Origin: Desulfomicrobium sp.
GTDB lineage: Bacteria; Desulfobacterota; Desulfovibrionia; Desulfovibrionales; Desulfomicrobiaceae
Assembly: GCA_040768745.1 (NCBI GenBank)
Contig: JAXGMI010000001.1
Coordinates: 1,088,001 to 1,152,000 of the forward strand
Length of the DNA: 64,000 nt
Direction: 5' to 3'
Shown: positions 53,438-63,577 of the stretch, in pieces
Layout: each line of letters starts with the position of its first letter
Numbering within the stretch: the stretch's first letter is position 1
The notes under the pieces: generated by a model
Seen by the model: only the letters and a program-made list of their open reading frames with translations
The model's database searches: none
What the model was told of the DNA's origin: nothing
Position numbers and translations under genes: made by a program

Positions 53438-54238
53438 GTGTTCGACATAGTGACCTGCGGCGATGGCAATTATTTTTCCTTTCTAGAGCATTTCGAGGCC
53501 AACGTGCTCCACGTCTATGGCCGGTATCCCGTCATCTATGATCTCGGGCTGGAGGACTGGCAAAAGAAATCCTTGCGGAGCACGCTGCGGCAGGTCGGGG
53601 TTTCGAAGGACTATGCTGCGTACAACTCGAAAAATTTCATCAAGGCGACACACAAGCCATGGTGCTTGCGGGACTTCTTGAATGCGACGGAGAATGACTG
53701 TCTGTATGTGGACGCGGATGTCGTTTTCACTTCTCAAATCAGGGAGAGCGTGTTTTCCGGGGCCGGGATTGCACTCTGCCCGAGGCATGTCAAGGAGCGG
53801 GGAGAGCCGTATCTCGTCAACGGGAATCTCAACTCAGGGTTGCTGTATTTCAGAAACACCGAGCAGGTGAAGCGTTTTTTTGACGCCTGGATTGCAGGCT
53901 GTCAAGACGAAGACACCACGGATCAGAAGGCGTTGAGCGATCTCCTGTCGACCCAGGTCGATCTGCTCGGCGGTCCGTGTTTGCAGCATTACGGGGATAT
54001 CCCCATGCTGCTCCTTGATCCCGCTGTCTACAATGATGTGTCCTGTACGACTGGGACCCTCTTCCATTACAAAAACGCGGGGCGGAACGCGTCGGCCCGG
54101 CTGAACATGGAGCGCATGATCTCCCTGCAAAGGCGACATCCGGATCTGGTGCGTTTTTTGGTCTCCGTCCGGCGCATGCTGCTCTACTGTTCCCGTTTCA
54201 TCCTGCGCCGCGAAGTCCGGTTCATGAAGGGGGCGTGA
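53438..54238 (+). CDS. Putative GT-A fold nucleotide-diphospho-sugar transferase
   Basis: YDLGL, HKP, LYVDADV, NSGLLYF, TDQKAL. Confidence 0.7.
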   Translation: MFDIVTCGDGNYFSFLEHFEANVLHVYGRYPVIYDLGLEDWQKKSLRSTLRQVGVSKDYAAYNSKNFIKATHKPWCLRDFLNATENDCLYVDADVVFTSQIRESVFSGAGIALCPRHVKERGEPYLVNGNLNSGLLYFRNTEQVKRFFDAWIAGCQDEDTTDQKALSDLLSTQVDLLGGPCLQHYGDIPMLLLDPAVYNDVSCTTGTLFHYKNAGRNASARLNMERMISLQRRHPDLVRFLVSVRRMLLYCSRFILRREVRFMKGA

Positions 54239-55362
54239 TGCACACGACTCCCCTGGAACTGATCTATGCCAAGAAGTTCCGCTTGCCGCACAGGTCAGCA
54301 AACATCATTCAGGGCATCAACATGGTGGCCGCCTTTGCAAGGCATGCGCCCCATGTGCATGCGGCCCTCTTTTTTTCCGATTCCATTCCTGACCGGAACA
54401 GATATCTGCGCGAGTGCTACGGGGTCGGCCTGGATGCCCTGGGCGATTCCTTCTGCGCCTCCACGCGCCTGAGGGGGATCAGGTATGGCTACTGGCTGCT
54501 GAAATGCATGCATGCCGCGCGCAATCCCGTGGTCTACACGCGTGAAAACACGGAGCTTGAGCGCGCCCTCCTGGTGCGGAGGCTGTTCAGGAAGAAGATA
54601 CGCGTCGTGCACGAGCTGCACAAGCTTGGCCGCGAAGGCGGTGGCCGGGAGGATGACGCGTTCATGTCCCTCCTCTCCCGGGCCGACGGACTGGTTTTCA
54701 TCGACGAAGGGTTGCGCGAGGACGTGTGCGCACGCCCCGGATGCCGGGTGCCATCGCTGGTCGCGCCTTCGGGCGTGAACCTGGACGCGTTCTACTCCCG
54801 GACCATTGTCATCCCCGGCCCCACGATTTGTGTCGGCTATTTTGGCACGGTCACACCGGAAAAGGGGGTGTTTCTCCTGGCCGAGGCCTTTTCCCTCCTG
54901 CCCGGGACGTACCGCCTGAAATTCGTCGGTCCGGTCAGCGACGATGTGCGCGCAGGCATTGTGCACCGTGCGGGAGAGGCGGGAGGACGGATCGAATTCG
55001 CCGGGTATGTGCAGCCGGCGGACCTTCCGGCGGCCCTGGCCGACGTGCACATTTCCGCCGTCCCTTCCGTGTCTCCGGACAAGTTCCTGTCGCCCCTCAA
55101 GCTGGCCGAGTCCCTGGCCCTGGGGCTGCCGATGGTGTGCACCCCCCTGGAGCACCTCAAGCGGCTGGTTGCCGACGGCGAACATTGCGTCTTTGCCCGG
55201 GACCTCAGCCCGCGCGCGTTTGCCGAGGCACTGATCGCCCTCGGCAGCTGCCCGGATCTCATGAACGCCATGGCCCGCAGCAACCGGTCCCACGCCACGT
55301 CTTTTTCCTGGGACGAGCGGGCCCGCAGAATCCTTGCTTTTATCGAGGGCATTGCGGACTGA
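54235..55362 (+). CDS. GT4 glycosyltransferase
   Basis: ANIIQ, HELH, PSGV, YFGT...KGV, SPLKLAESLALGLPMV, SWDERA. Confidence 0.85.
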   Translation: MMHTTPLELIYAKKFRLPHRSANIIQGINMVAAFARHAPHVHAALFFSDSIPDRNRYLRECYGVGLDALGDSFCASTRLRGIRYGYWLLKCMHAARNPVVYTRENTELERALLVRRLFRKKIRVVHELHKLGREGGGREDDAFMSLLSRADGLVFIDEGLREDVCARPGCRVPSLVAPSGVNLDAFYSRTIVIPGPTICVGYFGTVTPEKGVFLLAEAFSLLPGTYRLKFVGPVSDDVRAGIVHRAGEAGGRIEFAGYVQPADLPAALADVHISAVPSVSPDKFLSPLKLAESLALGLPMVCTPLEHLKRLVADGEHCVFARDLSPRAFAEALIALGSCPDLMNAMARSNRSHATSFSWDERARRILAFIEGIAD

Positions 55363-55403
55363 GCGATGCGATGTTGCCGCGGGGCCCCCTGCCTCGGCTC
55401 CGG

Positions 55404-57170
55404 CTAAACGTCCTGTGCGGAGCCGTTCTTTTTGAACTGCAGGTCATGGAGTCTGGCATACACGGCGCAGGTCTGCAGCAGTTGCTGGTGGGTGCCGAGG
55501 GAGAGGATGCGGCCGTGCTGCATGACCGCGATCTTGTCCGCCGACAGGATGGTCGAAAGCCGGTGGGCGATGATGATGCTGGTCCGGTTGTTCATCAGGT
55601 TTTCCAGGGCCTGCTGGACAATGCGTTCCGACTCGGTGTCCAGGGCCGAGGTGGCCTCGTCCAGGATCAGCAGCGAGGGATCGGTGAGGATGGCCCGGGC
55701 GATGGTCAGACGCTGCTTTTGGCCGCCGGAAAGTTTCACCCCTTTTTCCCCCACCACCGTGTCGTAGCCTTCGGGCAGTTCCATGATGAAATCATGGGCG
55801 TAGGCCGCCCTGGCGGCCTTTTCCACGGCCGCCAAGTCCACCCGGGGCTGGCCATAGGCGATGTTGTCCCGGACCGAGAGGTTGAAGAGGAACGGGTCCT
55901 GGGACACGATGCCGATGTTGGTGCGCAGGCTGGGCAGGGTGTAGTCGCCGAGGGGACGACCGTTCAGGACGATGCGGCCTTCCTGGCAATCGTAAAAGCG
56001 GGGGATCAGCTGGACCAGGGTTGTCTTGCCCGCCCCGCTCTGACCGACCAGGGCCACGCGCTCCCCGGCCCTGATCTCCAGATTGATGTTCCGCAGGGCC
56101 GGCTCCGAGACGCCGGGATAGGAGAAGGTGACATTCTGGAAGGAAAGGGAGGAGAACGGCGGCTCGTACTGCATGGTGCCCCCGGTTTCCTCCTGCAGGT
56201 CCGCGGCGTCCAGGATTTCGAAAACCCGCTCCGCCCCGGCCATGGCCTGCTGGATAGTGTTGTTGGCCTGGCTGATGGACTTGAAGGGGTCGTACAGCAT
56301 GACCAGGGCGGTCAAAAAGGAGAAGAACTCGCCCGGCGTGCGGTTCCCGGCAATGACCTCGCTCCCGCCGTACCAGATGACGAGACCGGCGCCCAGGGCG
56401 CCGATCAGCTCCATGATGGGTGAGGAAAGCTGGTTGTAGACATTGCCTTTCAGGCTGATGCGCACCAGCTTGGCGCTCGTCTGCCCGAATTTCTCCTTTT
56501 CCTTGTCTTCGGCGGCAAAGGCCTTGACCACGCGCAGGCCGTTGAAGCTCTCCTGCAGGTGGGACGAGATGTCCGCTATTTTCGACTGGTAGTTGCGGCC
56601 CACCTTGCGCAGCTTCTTGCCGAAATAGATGATGGGGTACACGGCCAGGGGAAAGACGAGGCAGGCCCAGAAGGCGAGCTTGGGGTCGCGGTAAATGATC
56701 AGGGCCACCAGGCCGATCATGGTCAGGGAATGCTGGATGATGCGGATGAGTTCCGGGAGGCTGGAGCTGATCAGGTTCACGTCGTTGATGATGCGGGACA
56801 TGAGCATGCCGACGCGGGTTTCGCCAAAGAAGTTCACGGGCAGGCAGATGATCTTGGCGAACAGTTCGTAGCGCAGGCGCTCCAACACCTTGAGCCCGCA
56901 GTAGGACATGAGGAATTTCTGCACGAACAGCCCGGTTCCCTTGCCGAGGAAGACCGCGATGAGGAGGAGGGGGACGACCATGAGGGCCGTGCCGTCCTTG
57001 TTGATGAAGATTTCATCCAGGGCCGGCTGGACCAGGTATGCGGCTCCGGCCGTGGACAGGGCGACCAGGCCCAGGGCGGCGAAGGCCGCCAGGATATGCA
57101 GCTTGTAGGGCAGAAAATAGTTGAGCGTGCGCTTGAGCAGGGACAGGGTTTCGACTTTTTTCAGGGTCAT
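55404..57170 (-). CDS. msbA: MsbA-like lipid A/core flippase ABC transporter
   Basis: GMLMSRIINDV, GQSGAGKTT, VGEKGVKLSGGQKQR, LDEATSALD, IAHRLSTI; among LPS genes. Confidence 0.8.
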   Translation of the reverse strand: MTLKKVETLSLLKRTLNYFLPYKLHILAAFAALGLVALSTAGAAYLVQPALDEIFINKDGTALMVVPLLLIAVFLGKGTGLFVQKFLMSYCGLKVLERLRYELFAKIICLPVNFFGETRVGMLMSRIINDVNLISSSLPELIRIIQHSLTMIGLVALIIYRDPKLAFWACLVFPLAVYPIIYFGKKLRKVGRNYQSKIADISSHLQESFNGLRVVKAFAAEDKEKEKFGQTSAKLVRISLKGNVYNQLSSPIMELIGALGAGLVIWYGGSEVIAGNRTPGEFFSFLTALVMLYDPFKSISQANNTIQQAMAGAERVFEILDAADLQEETGGTMQYEPPFSSLSFQNVTFSYPGVSEPALRNINLEIRAGERVALVGQSGAGKTTLVQLIPRFYDCQEGRIVLNGRPLGDYTLPSLRTNIGIVSQDPFLFNLSVRDNIAYGQPRVDLAAVEKAARAAYAHDFIMELPEGYDTVVGEKGVKLSGGQKQRLTIARAILTDPSLLILDEATSALDTESERIVQQALENLMNNRTSIIIAHRLSTILSADKIAVMQHGRILSLGTHQQLLQTCAVYARLHDLQFKKNGSAQDV

Positions 57171-57787
57171 GGCGCCTTGGGGGCGGAGAATGTCACGTGC
57201 ATCTCCGAATAGAGTTTGCGGAAACAGCGGTTGATCTTGCGCCGCACAAACCAGGGGAGGCGCAGCCAGAACTGGCCGCGAAAGCGTTCGCGGCCGGTCT
57301 GGAAATCGATGATGACAGGAAAGTCCGGGGCTTTGACCAGAATGTTCCGGCGCACAATGCCGAAATGGTCTATGCTGTGGGCCAGGAAAACTTCACGGCG
57401 GATGCGGTCCAGGGTTTCCCAGAACAGGGGGGCCAGAGGCCGCGTGTTGTGTTCCAGGCTCGGAGCGACGTGCCCCAGGTCGTCGCGGACCGTGCCCATG
57501 ACCAGGGCCCGCCGACTGTCCGTGGTGGTTTCTATCCCGCGGATGGTCACGAAATGCCCGCGCAGTTCCGCAGGGCATGCGGCCATGATTTTCTGGTAGT
57601 TGGCCCACTCGTATTCCAGAAAATCCGCGATCCCGTATTTTTCGCTGACCATGGCATTGGGGTCTGGGCGATTGCCCTTGTGACGGCGCTTCGGGATGAG
57701 CACCTTGGCGCAGAGGTCAGGATGACCGCAGACCTGGCGGATTTCGCACCAGCCGCCCTGGACCAGGAGTGGTCCCAGCTCGATCAC
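57167..57787 (-). CDS. YrbL-like kinase-fold protein
   Basis: QGG...HPDLCAKV, GIETT, RRNILV, VIIDF. Confidence 0.55.
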   Translation of the reverse strand: MIELGPLLVQGGWCEIRQVCGHPDLCAKVLIPKRRHKGNRPDPNAMVSEKYGIADFLEYEWANYQKIMAACPAELRGHFVTIRGIETTTDSRRALVMGTVRDDLGHVAPSLEHNTRPLAPLFWETLDRIRREVFLAHSIDHFGIVRRNILVKAPDFPVIIDFQTGRERFRGQFWLRLPWFVRRKINRCFRKLYSEMHVTFSAPKAP

Positions 57788-58851
57788 GGTCGGCCCCCGG
57801 CAGTATTGACAAGGAATTCCTCGACGCGGGTGATCAGAAGGTCAAGGGAATTGTCCCGCCCCCTGGACCAGAAATCCGTTTTCATCTCCAGAAGCTCTTC
57901 AGGGCCGCGCTGCAGCAGGGCGGACAGCGCGCAGGCCAGCTCCTGCGGGGTGGTCGGCTCGGGCAGCAGCAGGGCGCTGGCTGACTCCGGCCAGACCTCG
58001 CCGACGCCCCCGACGTTCCGGGCCACGCAGACGAGCCCTTCGGCCATGGCCTCGAGCAGGGAGTTGGGCAGACCCTCGCGCCAGGAGGGAAGGAGGAAGA
58101 CGTCCGCCTGGCGCAGGATGGCCCTGACATCTTTCTGGAAGCCGTGCCAGACCACCCGGTCGCCAAGCCCCAGTTCCACGGCCACCCGCCTCAGCTCCTC
58201 TTCGATGCGGCCCGTGCCGACAACGTGGTATTCGAAGGGGTGGCCCTCCTCCTTGAGCTGGTTCAGGGCCAGAAGTGCGTCCCTGTGCCCTTTGTCCGCA
58301 TTGAGCTGGCTCGTGGAAATGAACCGCACGGGGGAGTGGACTGGGCCAGGCGGGAGGGGACTCGGCTCCTTGCCCGTGAGGATGACGGTGATTTCCCCGG
58401 CCTCGAGATAGGGGAGGTGGCGGAGCAGGCCGCGCTGGATCTGCTGGCAGGGGACCAGGATGCGGGGTTTGATCCATCGGTGCAGGGCGCGCACCTTGAA
58501 CGTGTCGTCCATGTCGCCGGCCAGACCGACCCGGTGCACAACCGGGATGCCAAGCAGCTTGGCGGCAATGCCTGCCGTGCGCATGTCCTTGCCGACGTTG
58601 ACCACGACCAGTTCGGTGTGCTGGGCCGTGAACATGCGGACGAATTTGAGGATCAGGGCCGGGTTGAAATCCGGGCCGAAACGGAGGCCAACGGCGGACA
58701 GCCCCTTTTCCAGGGCTTTGTCCACAAATGGTCCTGGCCGGCCGACGAGGCGGACATGGTGCCCCCGCTGGGCCAGACCATGCGCGACATCCAGGGTCCA
58801 GCTTTTGACTCCCCCCCATTTTCTGGTGGAATTGACAAAAGCGATGTTCAT
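57784..58851 (-). CDS. GT4 glycosyltransferase (LPS core type)
   Basis: NSTRKWGGVKSW, KGH, LPSWREGLPNSLLEAMAEG. Confidence 0.88.
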   Translation of the reverse strand: MNIAFVNSTRKWGGVKSWTLDVAHGLAQRGHHVRLVGRPGPFVDKALEKGLSAVGLRFGPDFNPALILKFVRMFTAQHTELVVVNVGKDMRTAGIAAKLLGIPVVHRVGLAGDMDDTFKVRALHRWIKPRILVPCQQIQRGLLRHLPYLEAGEITVILTGKEPSPLPPGPVHSPVRFISTSQLNADKGHRDALLALNQLKEEGHPFEYHVVGTGRIEEELRRVAVELGLGDRVVWHGFQKDVRAILRQADVFLLPSWREGLPNSLLEAMAEGLVCVARNVGGVGEVWPESASALLLPEPTTPQELACALSALLQRGPEELLEMKTDFWSRGRDNSLDLLITRVEEFLVNTAGGRP

Positions 58852-59840
58852 GGTTGTTTTCCGCCACCGGCCAGGGGGGCGAGGGTTTTGAGGGACAGGG
58901 CCAGGGTTTTGAGGGCGAGCCAGGGCCTCGACTTCCTGTCCCTGACGGCCAGCCTGCCGGTGCGCATGGGGTCTGTTCCAGGTCCGACCGGGGTCCGATC
59001 CAGGTTCAGCACCCCGGAATATCCGGCCTGCGCAGCCGCCTTCAGGGTCACTCCGTCGTACTGCCCCCAGGGCAGACAGAGGAAGGGGCAAGGCCGGTTC
59101 AAGACACTTTCGAGGAATATTCTGCTGGCCGAAAAGTCTTCCAGGCAGAAGGCCAGCCGTGCGGGCTCCGGATTCAGCTCCAAGGGGCGCCCATGCCGGT
59201 CCAGACCGAATCCGGCGTGCGCATAGGCGCTGCCCACGGGATGGACCGGGGTCTCAGGAGGGCTGTCCGGACCGCACAGAAAGCGGTGGCTCCAGTGGCT
59301 GTTGTCGGCCAGGAAGCCTGCGTGTTCGGAATTGATGAAGCAGGCTTGATGGGCTGCGGAGTGGGAGTATACCTCCATGCCCAGGTCGTGCACCAGGGAT
59401 TGGATTTCGGCCTGGTTCATGAATCCCTGGACGTGTCCGTGCAGCGCATTGCGCATGATGTCGGGGAAGGCGGGGATGGGTTCCAGGGGGGCGGCCTGGT
59501 CGGCCCGTGGTCGGGCCTGCCCGGGGCGGAGGAAATCGGTGATGGCAAAAAAAACACCGACCATGTCCCGCTGGATCAGTTCGGGGACGGCATAGACCCA
59601 GTTGTCCAGGGTGCAGTCGTCGAAGGTGATGACCATGGCCGGGCCGAGCAGCGCCGTGCCACCCGTGACGGCCTTGAACAGGCGGGACAGGCCGATGGTC
59701 CGAAAGCCCATCTTCCGGAGCAGATCCAGGTGGCCGCCGAATTTTTGCGGGGTCATCCCGCTTTCGGGGCGCACCTGATGGTAACAGAGGACCGGGATGC
59801 CCACCCCGAGAGCTGACTGGGCCAGGGACAGGATACTCAT
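58848..59840 (-). CDS. Polysaccharide deacetylase (NodB-homology)
   Basis: PVLCYH, ITFDD, YSHSAAH, CLPWG. Confidence 0.85.
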   Translation of the reverse strand: MSILSLAQSALGVGIPVLCYHQVRPESGMTPQKFGGHLDLLRKMGFRTIGLSRLFKAVTGGTALLGPAMVITFDDCTLDNWVYAVPELIQRDMVGVFFAITDFLRPGQARPRADQAAPLEPIPAFPDIMRNALHGHVQGFMNQAEIQSLVHDLGMEVYSHSAAHQACFINSEHAGFLADNSHWSHRFLCGPDSPPETPVHPVGSAYAHAGFGLDRHGRPLELNPEPARLAFCLEDFSASRIFLESVLNRPCPFLCLPWGQYDGVTLKAAAQAGYSGVLNLDRTPVGPGTDPMRTGRLAVRDRKSRPWLALKTLALSLKTLAPLAGGGKQP

Positions 59841-59918
59841 GGCCGCGGGGCTTGCCTGGAGCCTTGCCCTGGCCAGGTCCCGGCCCGGGATCCGTTCGTG
59901 ATCCGAAAGAGTGCCTGT

Positions 59919-60677
59919 TTACGCATACCCATCCAGGATTTTCTTGGCCAGCACGGCCGCGCCAAAGCCGTTGTCGATGTTGACCACGCCCACGCCCGGC
60001 GCGCAGGAGTTGAGCATGGCCAGGAGCGGGGCCAGCCCCGCGAAGTTGGCCCCATATCCGGTCGAGGTCGGGACCGCAATGATCGGCGCCTTGACCAGGC
60101 CGCCCAGGACGCTGGGCAGGGCCCCTTCCATGCCGGCCACGGCGATGAGGACCTTGGCCTGCCGGAGGGTGCCCAGGTGCGGCATGAGCCGGTGCAGCCC
60201 GGCCACGCCCACGTCGGACACGAGGCTGGCCGAGAGACCCAGGAACCTGGCTACGCCCAGAGCTTCGCGGGCCACGGGCAGGTCTGTGGATCCGGCCGTG
60301 ACGATGAGCAGGTCCGAGTTCGGAGCCTTGGGGTCAGCGGCTTCCAGGTTTCGGCCCAGGCAGAAAAGCCCAGCCTCCTCCCACAGGTGTCCCGAGGGAA
60401 ACGTTCTGGCCAGTTCCCGGCCGTGCTCCAGGGATAGGCGGGTGGCCAGGACCGGGTGATGGTTGGCCAGTTCCGCCATGGCCATCCTGATCTGGTCCAC
60501 GGGCTTGCCCTGGCCGTAGATGACCTCGCCCACGCCCGTACGCTCCAGTCGTCCGGGGTCAACGCGCAGATCCTCCAGGCCTTGGGCGAGGCGCTGGACG
60601 CCTGCAATCGCAGCTGCTGGCGAGAGGGTTCCTGAAGCGACGTCGCGCAGCAGGCTGTGGAGTTGGTCAATGTTCAT
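59919..60677 (-). CDS. larB: Nickel-pincer cofactor biosynthesis protein LarB (PurE-like)
   Basis: EVIYGQGK, TAGSTDLPVAREA, DVGVAGLHRL, AGMEGALPS, PTSTGYG, VVNIDNGFGAA. Confidence 0.9.
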   Translation of the reverse strand: MNIDQLHSLLRDVASGTLSPAAAIAGVQRLAQGLEDLRVDPGRLERTGVGEVIYGQGKPVDQIRMAMAELANHHPVLATRLSLEHGRELARTFPSGHLWEEAGLFCLGRNLEAADPKAPNSDLLIVTAGSTDLPVAREALGVARFLGLSASLVSDVGVAGLHRLMPHLGTLRQAKVLIAVAGMEGALPSVLGGLVKAPIIAVPTSTGYGANFAGLAPLLAMLNSCAPGVGVVNIDNGFGAAVLAKKILDGYA

Positions 60678-60818
60678 GGCGGATGATGATAGGGCTGGGC
60701 TGGCCCGGAAAATTTGTGGCAATATCCGGTATTCCGTAACAGACGGACCGGGCCGGGGCAAGTTCCTCCAGACCGCTTATATTGCCAAGAACCTGGGGAA
60801 AAGATAGCGTCCTCCGCC

Positions 60819-62219
60819 ATGGCTCCCATGCGCATCCTCTTCATCGCTCGCTCCGAATGCGTTTCACCGTTGCACGCGGAGTTGAAGGCCCATGCGTGCC
60901 AGGCCATGGTCGTGGAGGACCGGACCTCGGCCTTGAAGGTTCTGGGGAGCCACAAGCTCGATCTCGTTTTCACCCAGCCGTCGCTGCCAGGGTACCGGGC
61001 CCAGGACCTGCTGGATTCCGTGCAGGCGGACCCCAGCGGCGTTCCAGTCATTGTCTTCGCGGAAAAGGGCAGTGCGGAAGAGGCGCGGTTTTTCATGGAA
61101 CTGGGGGCCCATGACTACTGGTCAGGCCCATTGACCTGGGAGCGGATCCAGGCAGTCCTGCCCGGAGATATCCCGGCCCAGCCTGCCAGGCCTGAGCCGC
61201 GCAGGGACCTGCCCATCGTCGGGCGCCATCCCAGCCTGGGCCGTGTGCTGGCCCTGGCTCGGCAGGTGGCGGCGTCCAGGGCCACGGTGCTCATCACCGG
61301 GGAATCCGGCACGGGCAAGGAGATGTTCGCCCGCTATATCCACGCCCATTCAGGCCGGGAAAACAACCCGTTCGTGGCCGTGAATTGCGCGGCCCTGCCC
61401 GAGCATCTGTTGGAAAGCGAACTCTTCGGGCACGAGAAGGGGGCCTTCACCGGGGCCATTTCCCGCAAACTGGGCAAATTCGAGTCGGCCAACGGAGGGA
61501 CCCTCCTCCTGGACGAGATTTCCGAGATGGACGTGGGCCTGCAGGCCAAGCTGCTGCGCGCCCTGCAGGAAGGGGAGATCGACCGGGTGGGCGGAACCGA
61601 CACGGTCAAGGTCGACGTGCGCGTTCTGGCCACCACCAATCGGAATCTGGAAGAGAGCGTCGAAAAAGGCCAGTTCCGCCAGGATCTCTACTATCGCCTG
61701 AACGTCATCCCCCTGCGCCTCCCGCCGTTGCGCGAGCGTGGTGATGACGTCCTCGTGCTGGCCGAATCTTTCATGCGTCGCTATGCCCAGGAATACGGCC
61801 TCGGGCCCCTGCAGTTGTCGGAGGAGGCCAGGACCTGGCTCCTGGACCACGACTGGCCCGGGAACGTGCGCGAGCTGCAGAACCTGATGGAGAGGGCCGT
61901 GCTCCTGGCTGGCCCAGGACCCATCCGCAAGATTCATTTCCTGCTCGAAGGCGAGGAGTGGTTCCCCTCCTCCGGGGCAGGGGAGGTGGATGACGGCCGG
62001 GATGACGAGGACAGTCCCTCCTCCCCGGATCAGGTCCGGCCGCCCGATGCCGACGGCCGCATCCCGACCATCCAGGAAATGGAAATGCACCTGATTATGA
62101 AAAGCCTGGACCGTACCCAGGGCAACAGGACCAGGGCCTCGGAGCTGCTGGGAATTTCCGTGCGCACCCTGCGCAACAAACTGAGTGAATACAGAAAAGT
62201 CGGCCTGGACATCCCCTGA
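60819..62219 (+). CDS. Sigma54-dependent activator (atypical receiver, AAA+, Fis HTH; FlrC/FlbD-like)
   Basis: GESGTGKE, ESELFGHEKGAFTGA, FRQDLYYRLNV, WPGNVREL, GISVRTLRNKL. Confidence 0.9.
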   Translation: MAPMRILFIARSECVSPLHAELKAHACQAMVVEDRTSALKVLGSHKLDLVFTQPSLPGYRAQDLLDSVQADPSGVPVIVFAEKGSAEEARFFMELGAHDYWSGPLTWERIQAVLPGDIPAQPARPEPRRDLPIVGRHPSLGRVLALARQVAASRATVLITGESGTGKEMFARYIHAHSGRENNPFVAVNCAALPEHLLESELFGHEKGAFTGAISRKLGKFESANGGTLLLDEISEMDVGLQAKLLRALQEGEIDRVGGTDTVKVDVRVLATTNRNLEESVEKGQFRQDLYYRLNVIPLRLPPLRERGDDVLVLAESFMRRYAQEYGLGPLQLSEEARTWLLDHDWPGNVRELQNLMERAVLLAGPGPIRKIHFLLEGEEWFPSSGAGEVDDGRDDEDSPSSPDQVRPPDADGRIPTIQEMEMHLIMKSLDRTQGNRTRASELLGISVRTLRNKLSEYRKVGLDIP

Positions 62220-62246
62220 AGGATGGGCCGCAGAGGAGTGAATATC

Positions 62247-63440
62247 ATGGTGCTCAGCACGCAAGTTGACGGGTATCTGGCCAAGGCGTCCTGGATCAGG
62301 CGCATGTTCGAGGCAGGCATCGAGTTGAAGAAACAGTATGGCGACGAGAACGTGTACGACTTCAGCCTCGGCAACCCCGATCTTGCCCCGCCCCAGGCCG
62401 TGGCGCAAGGACTGCGCGATCTGGCCGAGGAGGCCGGGCAGCCCTTTGCATTCGGCTACATGCCCAATGCGGGCTACCCTGTTGTGCGCGAGCAGCTGGC
62501 CGGGGTTGTCTCCGCCGAGCAGGAGACCCCGGTGGGTCCTGGCCAGATCGTGGTCACCTGCGGGGCTGCCGGAGGCATCAACGCCCTGTTCCGGGCTGTC
62601 CTCGAACCCAAGGATGAAGTGCTCTGCCCGGCCCCGTATTTCGTGGAATACGGATTCTATGCCGAGAACCATCAAGGCCGGCTCAGGTCCGTTCCGTCCA
62701 AGCCCCTGACCTTTGCGTTGGACCTGAAGGCCCTGGCCGGAGCCATCACCGATCGTACCCGTTGCGTGCTGATCAATTCGCCCAACAACCCCACGGGCCG
62801 CATCTATTCGGCCGAGGAATTGACCGAGCTGGCCGAGATCCTGCGCAAGGCCTCGGCCAGGACGGGTCGACCCATCTTCCTGGTCTCGGACGAGCCCTAT
62901 CGCTTCCTGGCCTATGACGGGGCCACGGTGCCGGCGATTTTTCCGCTCTATGAAAACAGCGTGGTGGTCAGCTCCTTTTCCAAGAACCTGGCCCTGGCCG
63001 GCGAACGGGTTGGGTATGTGGCCGTGAACCCGGCCATGGCTGACGGAGATCGCCTGGTGGCAGGAGTGATTCTGGCCAACCGCATTCTCGGGTTTGTCAA
63101 CGCCCCGGCCGTGGGGCAGAAACTTTTGGTCAAGGCCCTGGGGCACGAGGTGGACGCTTCGATCTATGCGCGGCGTCGGGAGGCCATGGCCGAGGTGCTG
63201 CGCGAGGCCGGGTTCCAGTTCTCCCTGCCCCAGGGGGCGTTTTATTTCTTCCCGCGCATTCCCAAGGGCGGGGACGACTCCGCCTTTGTGGCTGAATTGA
63301 TGCAGGAGCAGATCCTGGCCGTGCCAGGTTCGGGCTTTGGATATCCAGGGTATTTCCGGCTGGCCTTCTGCGTGGACGAAGCCGTCATCCGCGGTTCGGC
63401 GCCCGGTTTCGCGCGGGCCTTCGCCCGGGCCGTGGGCTAG
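62247..63440 (+). CDS. Class I/II PLP-dependent aminotransferase (aspartate aminotransferase-like)
   Basis: DFSLGNP, NSPNNPTG, SDEPY, SFSKNLALAGERVG. Confidence 0.9.
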   Translation: MVLSTQVDGYLAKASWIRRMFEAGIELKKQYGDENVYDFSLGNPDLAPPQAVAQGLRDLAEEAGQPFAFGYMPNAGYPVVREQLAGVVSAEQETPVGPGQIVVTCGAAGGINALFRAVLEPKDEVLCPAPYFVEYGFYAENHQGRLRSVPSKPLTFALDLKALAGAITDRTRCVLINSPNNPTGRIYSAEELTELAEILRKASARTGRPIFLVSDEPYRFLAYDGATVPAIFPLYENSVVVSSFSKNLALAGERVGYVAVNPAMADGDRLVAGVILANRILGFVNAPAVGQKLLVKALGHEVDASIYARRREAMAEVLREAGFQFSLPQGAFYFFPRIPKGGDDSAFVAELMQEQILAVPGSGFGYPGYFRLAFCVDEAVIRGSAPGFARAFARAVG

Positions 63441-63465
63441 GAGCCCCCGCACGGCCCGTCTTTTT

Positions 63466-63508
63466 GGCCCGGAAGCCCCCAGGCAGACTGCCTGGGGGCT
63501 TCCGGGCC
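63466..63508. repeat. Perfect 21-bp inverted repeat with 1-nt spacer
   Basis: GGCCCGGAAGCCCCCAGGCAG-A-CTGCCTGGGGGCTTCCGGGCC. Confidence 0.85.
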
Positions 63509-63577
63509 CGTACTTGACGGGTGCATTGAACTTGTCTATGCAACCCTACTTCTTTTCCCTAGCGCAGGTGCCCTTTC

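Noticed and set aside
55404..57170. ABC transporter as PglK for the pgl cluster
   Set aside because: It lies 30 kb from pglB in an LPS-core-type operon and looks like ordinary MsbA; a phylogeny would be needed to exclude PglK fully
59919..60677. larB as part of a novel glycan or cofactor system
   Set aside because: Dispersed larB genes are common in anaerobes; no larA/C/E in the window and no link beyond adjacency
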